From an uncultured Bacilli bacterium (GTDB lineage Bacteria > Bacillota_I > Bacilli_A > RFN20 > CAG-826), in contig CAJOLV010000005.1 in assembly GCA_905235515.1 (NCBI GenBank), forward strand, positions 6,409 to 70,408: 64,000 nt of DNA, read 5' to 3'. Under the pieces are notes generated by a model, which saw only the letters and a program-made list of their open reading frames with translations, was not told where the DNA came from and searched no databases. This document shows positions 1-10,402 of this stretch, piece after piece (within the stretch, counting starts at the first letter, position 1; every line of letters starts with the position of its first letter). The translations under genes were made by a program, and so were the position numbers.

Positions 1-3000
1 CTTTTGATAAGATTAGTTCAACATTATTTGCATTTTCACTTATCTTATCTACTTTTGCTTCTCGTTTTAATAAATCGATTGTTCTCTTTTTAAAGAGCAT
101 CTCTACTTCATCTGGTAATTTACCAAAAATATCTCTAGTTCTAATTCTTATATTAAGCAAATCTTCCACTGATGGAGCGGTTAATATTTCTTGATATATT
201 TCTATCTTATCAGAATCATTAGCAAAGCTAGTTGGAATGTAAGCATCAATTGATAAACTAACATTAGACTCGACTGGCTGTTCTGCTTCTCCACCCATTT
301 TTTCTTGAACGGCTTCGTTAAGCAATTTGATATACATATCTAAACCAATAGAGTCAATAAAGCCAGCTTGTTCTGGGCCTAGAATATCTCCGGCACCTCT
401 AATCATAAGGTCGCGTCGAGCAATTTTATAACCTGACCCTAATTCAGTGAACTCTTGAAGGGCCTGTAATCTCTTTTTAGTCTTCTCATTCATTTCCTTA
501 AATGGAGAATAAAACAAATAGGCATAGGCAATTCTATTACTGCGACCAACACGCCCTTTGATTTGGTAAAGCTGTGACAATCCATATCGTTCACTATCTT
601 CAACAATAATCATATTTGCGTTAGGAACATCAATGCCATTTTCCACAATTGATGTACATACTAAAACATCGATCTCACCGTTATAGAACTTGCTCATAAC
701 ATCTTCAATTTCTTCTTTGAGCATTTTGCCATGAGCAACCGCTATGCGAGCATCTGGTAACATCTTTTGCAATCTATTAGCACATAAATATAAAGTAGAG
801 ATGTTATTACGCATATAAAACACTTGTCCATTACGACCCAATTCACGTTCGATTAATTCTTTCACAACTTCTTCATTGAAAGGGGCTACATAGGTTTGAA
901 CAGGCATTCTTTCTTGTGGCGCTGTATCAATCTTACTCATAGATCTAACGCCTAATAAAGATATCTGTAATGTTCTAGGAATTGGAGTAGCGCTGAGGGT
1001 TAAAACATCAATATTGGATTTCATTTCTTTTAAACGTTCCTTTTGAGCGACACCAAATCTTTGCTCCTCGTCCACCACTAAAAGTCCAAGATCTTTGAAT
1101 ACAATATCTTTTGACAATAATCTATGTGTGCCAATTGCTAAATGAATTTCTCCATTAGCTAAACCTTTTAAAAATTCTTTCTCAGTTGTTTCACTAATTA
1201 ATCGGGAAAACACTGCTATTTTTACTCCAAATTCAGAAAAACGCTTTATTGCTAATTCATAATGTTGTCTAGCGAGTAATGTCGTTGGGCATAAAACGGC
1301 TGCTTGTTTTCCAGAGTTGATTGCTTTAAATATTGCTCTAAATGCGACTTCTGTTTTACCAAAGCCAACATCGCCACAGAGCAATCTATCCATTGGAGAT
1401 TCTTTCTCCATATCCTCTTTAATTTCTTGGATTGCTTTATCTTGGTCATAGGTTAATTCATATTCGAAAGAATTTTCAAACATTTCACTAAATTCATCAT
1501 CTTTTTTAAAGGCGAATCCTTGAATTTTACTACGTTCAATATAGAGATTCATCAATCTATTTGCGAGATCATTAACTCTTTCTTTGATTTTGCGTTTTTG
1601 GTTTTCCCAATCATTAGAATGTAATCTTGATAATCTTGGTCGTATTCCTTCTTTACCAATGTATTTTCTTACTAATTGGAATTGAGTTAATGGAACATAT
1701 AAAAGTTCATCACCGTGATAGGCAATCTTTAAATAATCTCTATGTACCCCATCAACTTCTAATGTTTGTAGTTCTAGGAATTGGCCAATACCTTGGTATT
1801 CATGAACAACATAATCACCAGGGGTTAAATCTTCAAACGATTTTAAAATGGTAGCTTCTTTAAATCTATTATCAAATCTTGCTGTTTTAACTCTTTCGTT
1901 AAATAATTCACTAGCGGTTAAGAAAACTATTTTCTCATCTGGTAAATAAAAACCCGACGAGAGATTTAATGGAGAAATTCCAATGTTGCATTTATCAGGA
2001 ATATCAAATTCTTTAATAGATTGATATTTAATATTTAATTCTGATAGACCTTCTTCAATAAGATTGATTTGTTCTCTTTTTGCTAGATTAATTACGACTT
2101 TATCACCTTCATTGAGATACATTTGAATGATATTCAATGCATCACCTCTTTTACTGGCAATATATGGAACGTTCTTAACATTAAATGATAAGTCGTCACC
2201 TGAGGTAATGAATTTAGATGTTGTGATTGTGTTATAAGAGTTTTTATTTATTAATCTATTAAAGTCTTGGCATAGTTCTAAATGTGAAATGACAACACCA
2301 TTTTCATGTAATTCGCTAAGATACTCATTTGATTCATTGAGCATCATCGTATTAGCTTGTTCAATGCTATCGATGTCAACAAGCACTCTTAAAAAGTTTT
2401 GGCAATAATCTAATATCGAAAAATGTTTATCAGTAATAAGCGAGTAATATTTATATAATTCTTGGCTGCGTTGTCCTTCCATTATGTTTGTAACATCTGT
2501 TTCTGTATTATTTCTTAATGTTTCAAATAAACCCCAAGGAAGGTGCTTTTGATCTTGTTCTAGAATATTAAATATTTTATCGGCAGCCTTAAAAGTCTCT
2601 TCATCGCTTAACAATAAATCGTTTCCAGGCAAAATATCGATTTTATCAATTTCCTTCAAAGAAACTTGAGTCGCTAAATCAAAGAATCTAATTGATTCAA
2701 TTTCATTATCAAAGAATTCAATACGAACAGGATTTTCATTATTAACAGAATAAATATCTAAGATATCTCCACGATTAGCGAATTGTAATGATTGATCAAC
2801 TTTGTTAACGCGAATATATCCATTTTTTACTAATTCTTTTTTAATTGTTTCTAAATCGTATGTTTTACCTTTTCTAAATTCTAAACATTTATTAGAAAAT
2901 GTGATTGGATCAGGAAGATATCTTGTCACTGAGGCAAGGTTAGCTACAACTATTTTGGCCTTCCCCTTAATAATATTATTAAGAACATATAATCTTTGAG

Positions 3001-3280
3001 CGATCATTTCTATTGATTGCGCGAGAGTTTGAGCTCTAATTAATTCGTCTGTTGGAAATAATAAAACATTTTCAGGCCCCACTATCGAGGCAATATTTTG
3101 AGAAATCTTTTGAGCTTTATATAAATTAGAAGTTATTAATAAATATTGACCACCATCTTCTTTAAAAGATAAGGCAGTTAATAAGCTAATTCCGATGTTA
3201 TCATCAACGACAAAATGACCCTTTTTCGCTAGGAAGGAGGGTATCGTCTTATTATTTTTTAACTTAGCAAATAGGTCCAA
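1..3280 (-). CDS. mfd: Transcription-repair coupling factor Mfd (3' part of gene runs off window start); TTG start ~3278-3280 preceded by GGAGGT
   Basis: Hand translation of minus strand gives continuous ORF with helicase Walker A 'LCGDVGFGKTEVAFRA', 'VLTLSATPIPRT', 'RGRVGRS' motifs; positioned immediately downstream of pth as in Firmicutes. Not in ORF track because it runs off the edge. Confidence 0.85.
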   Translation of the reverse strand, partial: MDLFAKLKNNKTIPSFLAKKGHFVVDDNIGISLLTALSFKEDGGQYLLITSNLYKAQKISQNIASIVGPENVLLFPTDELIRAQTLAQSIEMIAQRLYVLNNIIKGKAKIVVANLASVTRYLPDPITFSNKCLEFRKGKTYDLETIKKELVKNGYIRVNKVDQSLQFANRGDILDIYSVNNENPVRIEFFDNEIESIRFFDLATQVSLKEIDKIDILPGNDLLLSDEETFKAADKIFNILEQDQKHLPWGLFETLRNNTETDVTNIMEGQRSQELYKYYSLITDKHFSILDYCQNFLRVLVDIDSIEQANTMMLNESNEYLSELHENGVVISHLELCQDFNRLINKNSYNTITTSKFITSGDDLSFNVKNVPYIASKRGDALNIIQMYLNEGDKVVINLAKREQINLIEEGLSELNIKYQSIKEFDIPDKCNIGISPLNLSSGFYLPDEKIVFLTASELFNERVKTARFDNRFKEATILKSFEDLTPGDYVVHEYQGIGQFLELQTLEVDGVHRDYLKIAYHGDELLYVPLTQFQLVRKYIGKEGIRPRLSRLHSNDWENQKRKIKERVNDLANRLMNLYIERSKIQGFAFKKDDEFSEMFENSFEYELTYDQDKAIQEIKEDMEKESPMDRLLCGDVGFGKTEVAFRAIFKAINSGKQAAVLCPTTLLARQHYELAIKRFSEFGVKIAVFSRLISETTEKEFLKGLANGEIHLAIGTHRLLSKDIVFKDLGLLVVDEEQRFGVAQKERLKEMKSNIDVLTLSATPIPRTLQISLLGVRSMSKIDTAPQERMPVQTYVAPFNEEVVKELIERELGRNGQVFYMRNNISTLYLCANRLQKMLPDARIAVAHGKMLKEEIEDVMSKFYNGEIDVLVCTSIVENGIDVPNANMIIVEDSERYGLSQLYQIKGRVGRSNRIAYAYLFYSPFKEMNEKTKKRLQALQEFTELGSGYKIARRDLMIRGAGDILGPEQAGFIDSIGLDMYIKLLNEAVQEKMGGEAEQPVESNVSLSIDAYIPTSFANDSDKIEIYQEILTAPSVEDLLNIRIRTRDIFGKLPDEVEMLFKKRTIDLLKREAKVDKISENANNVELILSK

Positions 3281-3289
3281 GGTTACCTC

Positions 3290-3841
3290 CTAGTTGAATT
3301 TGCTCATTGCCCGCTCAAAGTCGAATCTTAATGCCTCCTTTATCGCCTCAACTGCATTCTGCATAGCTTCTTCAATTAAAGGCATTTCCTCTTTTAGAGG
3401 TTTGCCTAAAACATAGTCGATTGCATCATATTGTGGTTCACCAATACCAATACGAATTCTCTTGAATTCTTCTGTACCTAATAGGTCAATAATGTTTTGC
3501 AAACCTTTTTGGCCACCAGAAGAACCTTTACTACGTAATCTAATTGTGCCTACAGGCAAAGCCATGTCATCGCAGATAACAATGATATCAGAAAGATCAA
3601 TCTTGAAATAATCCACTACTTGTCTAACAGCAGTGCCACTTAAATTCATATAAGTGGTTGGTTTAAAAAGCATCACATCTTTATCAAAGATTTTGCCTCT
3701 ACCAAGCAAACCATTAAAAACACCCTTATCAATATCGATTTTTGCCATTTCTCCTAAAAGGTCAACGGTGTCAAAACCCATATTATGACGAGTGTGTTCG
3801 TATTTTTTACCAGGATTGCCTAAACCAACGATTAAATACAT
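3290..3841 (-). CDS. pth: Peptidyl-tRNA hydrolase (likely start at internal M 'MYLIVGLGNPG', track ORF 3290..3877)
   Basis: 'LIVGLGNPGKKYEHTRHNMGF' Pth signature; ~185 aa. Confidence 0.9.
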   Translation of the reverse strand: MYLIVGLGNPGKKYEHTRHNMGFDTVDLLGEMAKIDIDKGVFNGLLGRGKIFDKDVMLFKPTTYMNLSGTAVRQVVDYFKIDLSDIIVICDDMALPVGTIRLRSKGSSGGQKGLQNIIDLLGTEEFKRIRIGIGEPQYDAIDYVLGKPLKEEMPLIEEAMQNAVEAIKEALRFDFERAMSKFN

Positions 3842-3892
3842 AGAATCTTCCTGCTCGTAAATTATATATAAAAACATGCTTTAATAAAAGCA

Positions 3893-4894
3893 TTGATTAT
3901 TCTATACTCAAAGTATATGAAAAAGTTCTTTCAGAGATTAGGGGCAGGAATAGCAATTGGTGCAGGTGGTTCAATTGCTGGGGTCTCTGGTGCTGCAATA
4001 GCGCTTGTTTTACATGTCTATCACGAAATAATTAACGCTGTTAATAATTTTCGAAAGAAATTTAGTGAATCAATTAAAATACTCATTCCTATTCTTCTAG
4101 GAATCTTTATCTCTGTTATTATCTGTGTATATGTTTTTCATTTAGCATTCCGTTATTGTATGTTCCTTTTAATCTGCATTTTTGCCGGTTTTTTAATTGG
4201 ATCTTTTCCAGGAATTAGAGATAACGTAAAAGGTGTAAAAATGCAAAAATCTCATTTCATAGCGGTTTTTTCCGGTGGAATTTTTGTTATTTCTCTTGGC
4301 GTTCTTAGTGTTATCTTCGGCGCGAGAGGTGGAGGAGTAGAACAAGCTTTCACCACTATGCCAGTTTGGTTATATTTTGTATTGATATTAGTTGGCGCAA
4401 TCTCTGCTGGAGGATTAACGGTGCCTGGCTTATCAGGTGGATTAATTCTTTTAATTCTTGGTTTTTACCGCCCACTTATGGATAATTCCGTTACTTATGT
4501 TAAAGAAGTTTTTGGAATAGGTTGTGAACAAACTTGGGGCCACTTCCTCCAATTTGTTTTGATGATTGGATCATTTGCCATTGGCTGTGTTATCGGGGTT
4601 GCTCTTGTTTCTAAATTAATGTCTAAATTATTAACAACACATCCCACAATTACTTACTATGTCATTATTGGTTTTATTCTTGGGAGTATCGTTGTTTTAT
4701 TTTTTAATTACGATGTTTTTAACTACTACAAAGTTTGGGCCGGAGAAACAATCGGAAACATTACTCCGATAATGCCTATATATGTGGAGCTTCCTATTAG
4801 TGTTGTTGTATTAGGAGTTTCTGCTTTCCTATCATATTTGCTTGTTAAACATCATAGAAAAGTTTTAGAATCTGAAGAAGAAATTAACGAATAA
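3893..4894 (+). CDS. Polytopic membrane protein, DUF368-like (two repeats each containing PG/AG-x-SG-G/A motif); putative undecaprenyl-phosphate translocase family; true start may be MKKFF at ~3917
   Basis: Hydrophobic 333 aa; internal repeat 'AGVSGAAIAL' / 'PGLSGGLILL' resembles DUF368 PGxSRSG repeats (Arg not conserved). Confidence 0.45.
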   Translation: MIILYSKYMKKFFQRLGAGIAIGAGGSIAGVSGAAIALVLHVYHEIINAVNNFRKKFSESIKILIPILLGIFISVIICVYVFHLAFRYCMFLLICIFAGFLIGSFPGIRDNVKGVKMQKSHFIAVFSGGIFVISLGVLSVIFGARGGGVEQAFTTMPVWLYFVLILVGAISAGGLTVPGLSGGLILLILGFYRPLMDNSVTYVKEVFGIGCEQTWGHFLQFVLMIGSFAIGCVIGVALVSKLMSKLLTTHPTITYYVIIGFILGSIVVLFFNYDVFNYYKVWAGETIGNITPIMPIYVELPISVVVLGVSAFLSYLLVKHHRKVLESEEEINE

Positions 4895-4906
4895 TATAAT
4901 TATTGT

Positions 4907-4935
4907 TTGACATGTTCGCATGCGAACTATTAAGA
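4907..4935 (+). promoter_or_regulatory. Sigma-70-like promoter (TTGACA ... TAAGAT/TATTAA) with perfect 14-bp palindrome GTTCGCATGCGAAC (4914-4927) in spacer: probable MarR autoregulatory operator
   Basis: TTGACA at 4907-4912; palindrome read directly; immediately upstream of MarR gene. Confidence 0.5.
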
Positions 4936-5402
4936 TTAAATATAGTTTTGGCATGGAAGATTTTAATTGTAAAAACGACATTATCTATCTAATTAGACAT
5001 CTCAGCAAATTACTTCAATTTGATTTTGAAGAGAGAGTTGCCCAAGTTGGCTTAACAGCTTCTCAAGCTAGAACACTTTTTTTCATTAATCGATGTCGCT
5101 TAGCTAATCAAGAGGTTCATCAAAAGGATATTGAAGTCCATTTCTCATTAGCGAAGTCCACTGTTAACGGATTAGTTAGTCGACTAGAAAGAAATGGATT
5201 CATCGTTAAAAAGAATTTAAAGAATTATTCAGTTCTCACAATGACCGAATCAGGAATTCAAACAATTGAAAAAATTAGACAAGGCCGAGTTGATACGGTC
5301 AATAAGTTATTCTCTTGTTATAGTCAAGAAGAGCAACAAAGAGTATTAAAAAACTTAAATAAAATGATTGATAGTTTTAAAGGGGGTATAGAGTGTGATT
5401 AA
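4920..5402 (+). CDS. MarR-family transcriptional regulator (real start probably ATG at 4953, 'MEDFNCK')
   Basis: wHTH region 'LTASQARTLFFINRCRLANQEVHQKDIEVHFSLAKSTVNGLVSRLERNGFIVKK' typical of MarR. Confidence 0.8.
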   Translation: MRTIKIKYSFGMEDFNCKNDIIYLIRHLSKLLQFDFEERVAQVGLTASQARTLFFINRCRLANQEVHQKDIEVHFSLAKSTVNGLVSRLERNGFIVKKNLKNYSVLTMTESGIQTIEKIRQGRVDTVNKLFSCYSQEEQQRVLKNLNKMIDSFKGGIECD

Positions 5403-7236
5403 AAAAATTAAATTAATTTTAAAAAGCGTTAGACAATATAAAAAATATGCTTTGATTACTCCTGTTTTTATGATTATCGAAGCGGCTTTAGAATGTATGC
5501 TTCCATTTATCATGTCAGTTTTAATTGATGACATTGGCTTAATCGCTAAATCATCCGATATTGTTTCCAAGACATTTGATAATTTCCTTTTCCCGATTTC
5601 CATTTTAGGAATCATATTAATTCTTATTGGTTTCTCTGCCCTATCACTAACCTGTGGCATTTTGGGTGGAAGATTTGCTGCTAAAGCATCAATTGGTATG
5701 GGTGCAAATTTAAGAAGCGATATGTATAAGAAAATTCAAAGTTTTAGCTTTAACAACATCGACAAATTCCAAGTTTCCAGTTTAATTACTAGAATGACCA
5801 CCGATATTAATAATGTTCAAATGGCGTTCCAATTATGCATTCGTATCGTTATTAGAGCACCTTTAATGATGATATTCTCCGGTATTATGGCATTTGTCGC
5901 TGGTGGTAAAATGGCGTGGATCTTTATCGCCTTAATTCCACTAGTGGGCTTAGGCTTGTTCTTTATCATCAAAGGCGCGATGGGAATCTTTATGAGAGTC
6001 TTCAAGCGTTATGACAAACTCAATGAATCAGTGCAAGAGAATGTTACTGGCGTGAGAGTTGTTAAATCGTTTGTGAGAGAAGACTTTGAAAAAGAAAAGT
6101 TCTCCAAAGCTTCTAACGAAATGACAAATGACTTTATCAAGGCCGAAAAGATTGTTGCCTTGAATAACCCAGTCATGAACACCACTATTCATTTAAGTAA
6201 TATTTTAGTTGTTGGTCTTGGTTCATATTTAATCTGTACAACAATTGACGGCATCACAAATGAAACTGTTGACGGCAAACAAGTTATCAACATTCATTAT
6301 GGTCAATTATCTATTGGTCAGATGTCATCATTATTAACCTATGGTATGTCTATTTTAATGTCTATTATGATGATATCTATGATTCTAGTAATGTTAGTTA
6401 TGTCATTAGAGTCCATTAGACGTATTTCTGAGGTGTTAATGGAGACTCCAACCATCACTAATCCCGATAATCCAATCGAGGAGATTTCTGATGGCTCAAT
6501 TGAATTCAAAGATGTTAATTTCAAATACTCAGAAACCGCTGAGAAAAATACCTTAGAAAACATCAATTTATCTGTAAAATCTGGACAATTTATTGGAATT
6601 TTAGGTTCTACTGGTTCTGGTAAAACTAGCTTAATTAATCTTATTTCTAGACTATATGATGTTAATGAAGGATCGGTCACTGTAGCAGGTCATGATGTGC
6701 GCGAATATGACCTAGTTCAATTAAGAGATTCTGTCTCTGTAGTGTTGCAGAAAAATGTCTTATTCTCTGGCACAATTGAATCTAACCTTCGTTGGGGTAA
6801 TAAAGAAGCCACCGAAGAACAAATGTGGGCGGCTTTAAAAATCGCTCAAGCCGATACAATAGTAAAAGAAAAAGAGGGTCAACTCCAATCAGTTGTTGAA
6901 CAAGGTGGCGCTAACTTCTCTGGTGGTCAAAAACAACGTATTTGTTTAGCAAGAGCGATCTTAAAGAATCCAAAGATTTTAATTTTAGATGACTCAACAT
7001 CTGCTGTTGACACTAAAACTGATCATTTAATTAGAAAAGGATTAAAGAATGATTTACCAGAAATGACTAAGATTGTTATTGCACAACGTATTTCATCCAT
7101 CCAAGATGCTGATCAAATTATCATTATGGATGATGGCAAGATTGATGCTATCGGTAATCATGATTATCTAATTAAAAATAATGCGATTTATCGTGAAGTT
7201 TATAATACTCAAAACGCGATTGGAGGTGACAAATAA
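5395..7236 (+). CDS. ABC transporter, fused permease/ATP-binding (type I exporter half-transporter, subunit 1)
   Basis: 6 TM N-terminus; Walker A 'GSTGSGKTS', signature 'FSGGQKQRICLARA', Walker B 'ILILDDSTSAVD'. Confidence 0.9.
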   Translation: MIKKIKLILKSVRQYKKYALITPVFMIIEAALECMLPFIMSVLIDDIGLIAKSSDIVSKTFDNFLFPISILGIILILIGFSALSLTCGILGGRFAAKASIGMGANLRSDMYKKIQSFSFNNIDKFQVSSLITRMTTDINNVQMAFQLCIRIVIRAPLMMIFSGIMAFVAGGKMAWIFIALIPLVGLGLFFIIKGAMGIFMRVFKRYDKLNESVQENVTGVRVVKSFVREDFEKEKFSKASNEMTNDFIKAEKIVALNNPVMNTTIHLSNILVVGLGSYLICTTIDGITNETVDGKQVINIHYGQLSIGQMSSLLTYGMSILMSIMMISMILVMLVMSLESIRRISEVLMETPTITNPDNPIEEISDGSIEFKDVNFKYSETAEKNTLENINLSVKSGQFIGILGSTGSGKTSLINLISRLYDVNEGSVTVAGHDVREYDLVQLRDSVSVVLQKNVLFSGTIESNLRWGNKEATEEQMWAALKIAQADTIVKEKEGQLQSVVEQGGANFSGGQKQRICLARAILKNPKILILDDSTSAVDTKTDHLIRKGLKNDLPEMTKIVIAQRISSIQDADQIIIMDDGKIDAIGNHDYLIKNNAIYREVYNTQNAIGGDK

Positions 7237-7283
7237 TGCCCCCTGTAAGAATGAGAGAACGTGGTCGTGCTAAAAAGGGCACA

Positions 7284-9233
7284 ATGAAACGTTTATTAAA
7301 GATTTTATTTAAGAAATACCCATTACAATTAGGTTTTTCTGCTTTCTGCGTTGTCTTCAACGTAATAACTAACCTTTGTAGTTCTATCTTTGCTGGATTA
7401 ATTTCTGGTGTTTTAACTCAAGGAATTATTAGCCACGGTGGAGCTTTCAATCCATTTACCTCAGAAGAATTTCATACATTGTATGAGGCTCAAGTTTTTG
7501 GCGGTAGTTTTACCATTAAAGCCAATGTCCCAATCTTGTTAATTGTTATGGGGTCGATTTATTTTGTTGGTGTCTTTGCCTCTTGGGGATGGAGCCGCAC
7601 TATGGCTATCGTTACTCAAAAATATATGAATGAGTTCCGTATCAAGATGTTCTCACACATGCAAGATTTACCAATTAAATATTTTGATACGCACCCACGT
7701 GGAGCGGTCATGTCATTATATACAAATGATATTGATACAATTAGACAATTTATTTCTCAATCACTTCCTGAATTTTTAAGATGTGGATTATCGGTCTTAT
7801 TTGCTTTCATTATGATGTTAATCAATAGTGTTTGGATGACATTAGTGGTATTACTAGGTTCCGTATTCATGATTGTGTCCACTAAAGTCATTGGCGGTAA
7901 AGCTAGTAAATACTTTATTAAACAACAAATGCAGACAGGTGTTGTAGAAGGCAATATCGAAGAATCTATTAAAGGACTTAAAGTCATTAAAGTTTTTAAC
8001 CATGAAGATGAATCTATTAAGGACTTTGATAAGATTAATGAAACCCTTAGACAAAACGCTACAACCGCAAACATGCATGGCAATATTACCGGTCCAATCA
8101 ATTCGAATATTGGTAACTTTATCTATGTTTTAACTGCGTTAATTGCTTGTTTAATCTTTACCATTGATGGATTTAAGAACTTAACAGTTGTTGCTGGCTT
8201 AGTGGAACTTGACCATTCTGCCTTCTATTCCATGATTGTTTCATTCTTAATGATGACAAGAATGTTCTCTAATAACATTAATCAATTCTCACAACAAGTA
8301 ACATTTATCGTTCTTGGTATGGCAGGTGCTTCTCGTTGCTTTGATTTATTAGATGAAAAAGCGGAAGAAGATAATGGCTATGTCTCATTAGTCCATATTA
8401 AGAAGGATGATGAAGGCAATATCATTGAAACAGATGAAAAGACTAGATTATATGCTTGGAAACATCCTCATGGTGATGGCACGACAACATATACCGAATT
8501 AAAAGGCTTTATTGTTTTAGAGAACGTTGATTTTGGATATGTCGAAGATAAATTAGTCTTACATGATATTTCTATCCACGCTAAACCAGGGCAACAAATC
8601 GCTCTCGTTGGTGCGACAGGTGCAGGTAAAACTACTATCACTAATTTAATTAACCGTTTTTATCCGCTTGCAGATGGCAAAGTGAGATACGATGGAATCA
8701 ATATCAATAAAATTAAAAAGGGTGATTTACGCCGTTCTTTAGGCATTGTTTTGCAAGATGTAAATTTATTCACAGGTACTGTTATGGAAAATATCCGTTA
8801 TGGACGTTTAGACGCTACTGATGAAGAAGTTTACGAAGCGGCAAGAATTGCTAATGCTTATGACTTTATTACACGTTTACCAGAAGGATTTAACACTATG
8901 TTAACTGGTGATGGCGCTAACTTATCTCAAGGCCAAAGACAATTAATCTCTATTGCTAGAGCGGCAGTCGCTGATGCTCCTGTGATGATTCTTGATGAAG
9001 CAACATCATCTATTGATACTCGTACTGAAAAACTAGTGCAAGATGGTATGATTCAATTAATGAAAGGCCGTACAGTCTTTGTAATCGCTCATAGATTATC
9101 CACTATTCAAAATAGTAAAGCCATTATGGTTATGAAAGATGGTCGTATTATCGAAAGAGGCGACCACCAAAGCTTAATTGAAGAAAAAGGCATGTACTAT
9201 CAACTTTACACCGGTGCATTCGAGTTAGAATAA
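7284..9233 (+). CDS. ABC transporter, fused permease/ATP-binding (half-transporter, subunit 2; track ORF starts 7236, likely start 'MKRLLKILF')
   Basis: Walker A 'GATGAGKTT', signature 'LSQGQRQLISIARA', Walker B 'MILDEATSSID'; ATGA overlap with upstream ABC gene. Confidence 0.9.
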   Translation: MKRLLKILFKKYPLQLGFSAFCVVFNVITNLCSSIFAGLISGVLTQGIISHGGAFNPFTSEEFHTLYEAQVFGGSFTIKANVPILLIVMGSIYFVGVFASWGWSRTMAIVTQKYMNEFRIKMFSHMQDLPIKYFDTHPRGAVMSLYTNDIDTIRQFISQSLPEFLRCGLSVLFAFIMMLINSVWMTLVVLLGSVFMIVSTKVIGGKASKYFIKQQMQTGVVEGNIEESIKGLKVIKVFNHEDESIKDFDKINETLRQNATTANMHGNITGPINSNIGNFIYVLTALIACLIFTIDGFKNLTVVAGLVELDHSAFYSMIVSFLMMTRMFSNNINQFSQQVTFIVLGMAGASRCFDLLDEKAEEDNGYVSLVHIKKDDEGNIIETDEKTRLYAWKHPHGDGTTTYTELKGFIVLENVDFGYVEDKLVLHDISIHAKPGQQIALVGATGAGKTTITNLINRFYPLADGKVRYDGININKIKKGDLRRSLGIVLQDVNLFTGTVMENIRYGRLDATDEEVYEAARIANAYDFITRLPEGFNTMLTGDGANLSQGQRQLISIARAAVADAPVMILDEATSSIDTRTEKLVQDGMIQLMKGRTVFVIAHRLSTIQNSKAIMVMKDGRIIERGDHQSLIEEKGMYYQLYTGAFELE

Positions 9234-9655
9234 TGAGCAAAATCATCTTTGTCTGTCACGGATCCATTTGTCGATCTCCAGCAGCAGAGATGATTTTTAA
9301 AATGCTCTGTAGTGAACACGAAGTTATATCACGTGCTTTAACATTTGAAGAGATTGGTAATGATATCTATCCACCGATGAAAAAAGAATTAGATAGGAGA
9401 GGCATTCCTTATGCAAGACATTACGCTGAATATCTAAAGCCATCAGATGTTGAATGGGCCGATTATATCTTTTATATGGATATTGAAAATCGATATATGC
9501 TTGTAAGAAGATATGGAGAATTAGATAAATTTCAACCGATATTTAGATACACAAATAGCGTTACTGAAATTGAAGATCCGTGGTATACAGGGAATTATAA
9601 AAAAGTGGTTGAACAAATCACCACTTGTATAAAAGATATCATTAAAAACATTTAG
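9233..9655 (+). CDS. Low-molecular-weight protein-tyrosine phosphatase
   Basis: P-loop 'VCHGSICRSPAAE' (C-X5-R-S) near N-terminus, 140 aa. Confidence 0.8.
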   Translation: MSKIIFVCHGSICRSPAAEMIFKMLCSEHEVISRALTFEEIGNDIYPPMKKELDRRGIPYARHYAEYLKPSDVEWADYIFYMDIENRYMLVRRYGELDKFQPIFRYTNSVTEIEDPWYTGNYKKVVEQITTCIKDIIKNI

Positions 9656-9656
9656 A

Positions 9657-10402
9657 TTATCCCAGTTCTGCTGGGTTTTTTCTTAATTTTATTAAATATA
9701 AGAATAAAACATATAATCCTACTACTAAAGTGACAATACCATTAATTAAGAAGTACCATAATGTATTAGAAACGTTATATAAGTGGGTGAAAATGTAATC
9801 ATTACAAAGGTTGAATAAGAAGTGAATACACATACAAGCAATAGGACATTGAGTGTAATAATAAACAAAGCCTAAAAGCAAACCTAATCCAAATGAATAC
9901 GCCACCACTATTAAGTCAGCAGGATTAAATGAGGAGAAGAAGTGTGTTAAGTGGAGTGGCATAGACCAAATATTGCTGCGGAAATTAATATCTTTACTAT
10001 TGGTTTGCCATTTTCCATATGACCAATTAATAGATATCTAAAAATGATTTCTTCATTGCCTACTAATAATGCGATAAATAGAACTTGTAACGGACCCGCC
10101 CAAGTAAATGTTGGAGTAGCGGGTTCTTTTAATGCCCAAGCGTAGATAAGATTACTAATTGCCACTACAGTGGTAGGAACAAATAAAGGCATTAATTTAA
10201 AATTAACCACCCTATCTCTCACAATTAAATATGCGTGGGAGCGTATATAAAAGATTAAGAATACAAGCATCACTGCCATTAAAGCGGCTTCGATAGCAAA
10301 ATAAATAATCTCATTCTTGGTGATAAGACTTGTAGGGAATGTACAAACGGCAATATATAGCAACGTTATTAACGCTATATCAATTATTCTGTTTTTGCTC
10401 AT
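9657..10402 (-). pseudogene. CPBP-family (CAAX/Abi) intramembrane metalloprotease split into two ORFs (9947..10402 and 9657..9962) by a frameshift
   Basis: ORF A has motif 1 'EEIIFR' and motif 2 'FGLCH'; ORF B has 'SFGLGLLLG...IHFLFN' (motif 3 HxxxN). Junction sequence tgCCACTCCACTtaa contains tandem CCACT; deleting one copy yields in-frame F-G-L-C-H-L-T-H-F-F. Confidence 0.7.
9661..9682 (+). terminator. Putative intrinsic terminator for the MarR-ABC-PTP operon (CCCAG-ttctg-CTGGG + T6)
   Basis: 5-bp stem then TTTTTTC read 6 nt after ptp stop; lies inside 3' end of convergent CPBP ORF. Confidence 0.4.

Noticed and set aside
5355-8101. Several 60-114-aa minus-strand ORFs
   Set aside because: Embedded antisense in the two ABC exporter genes; hydrophobic composition artefacts.
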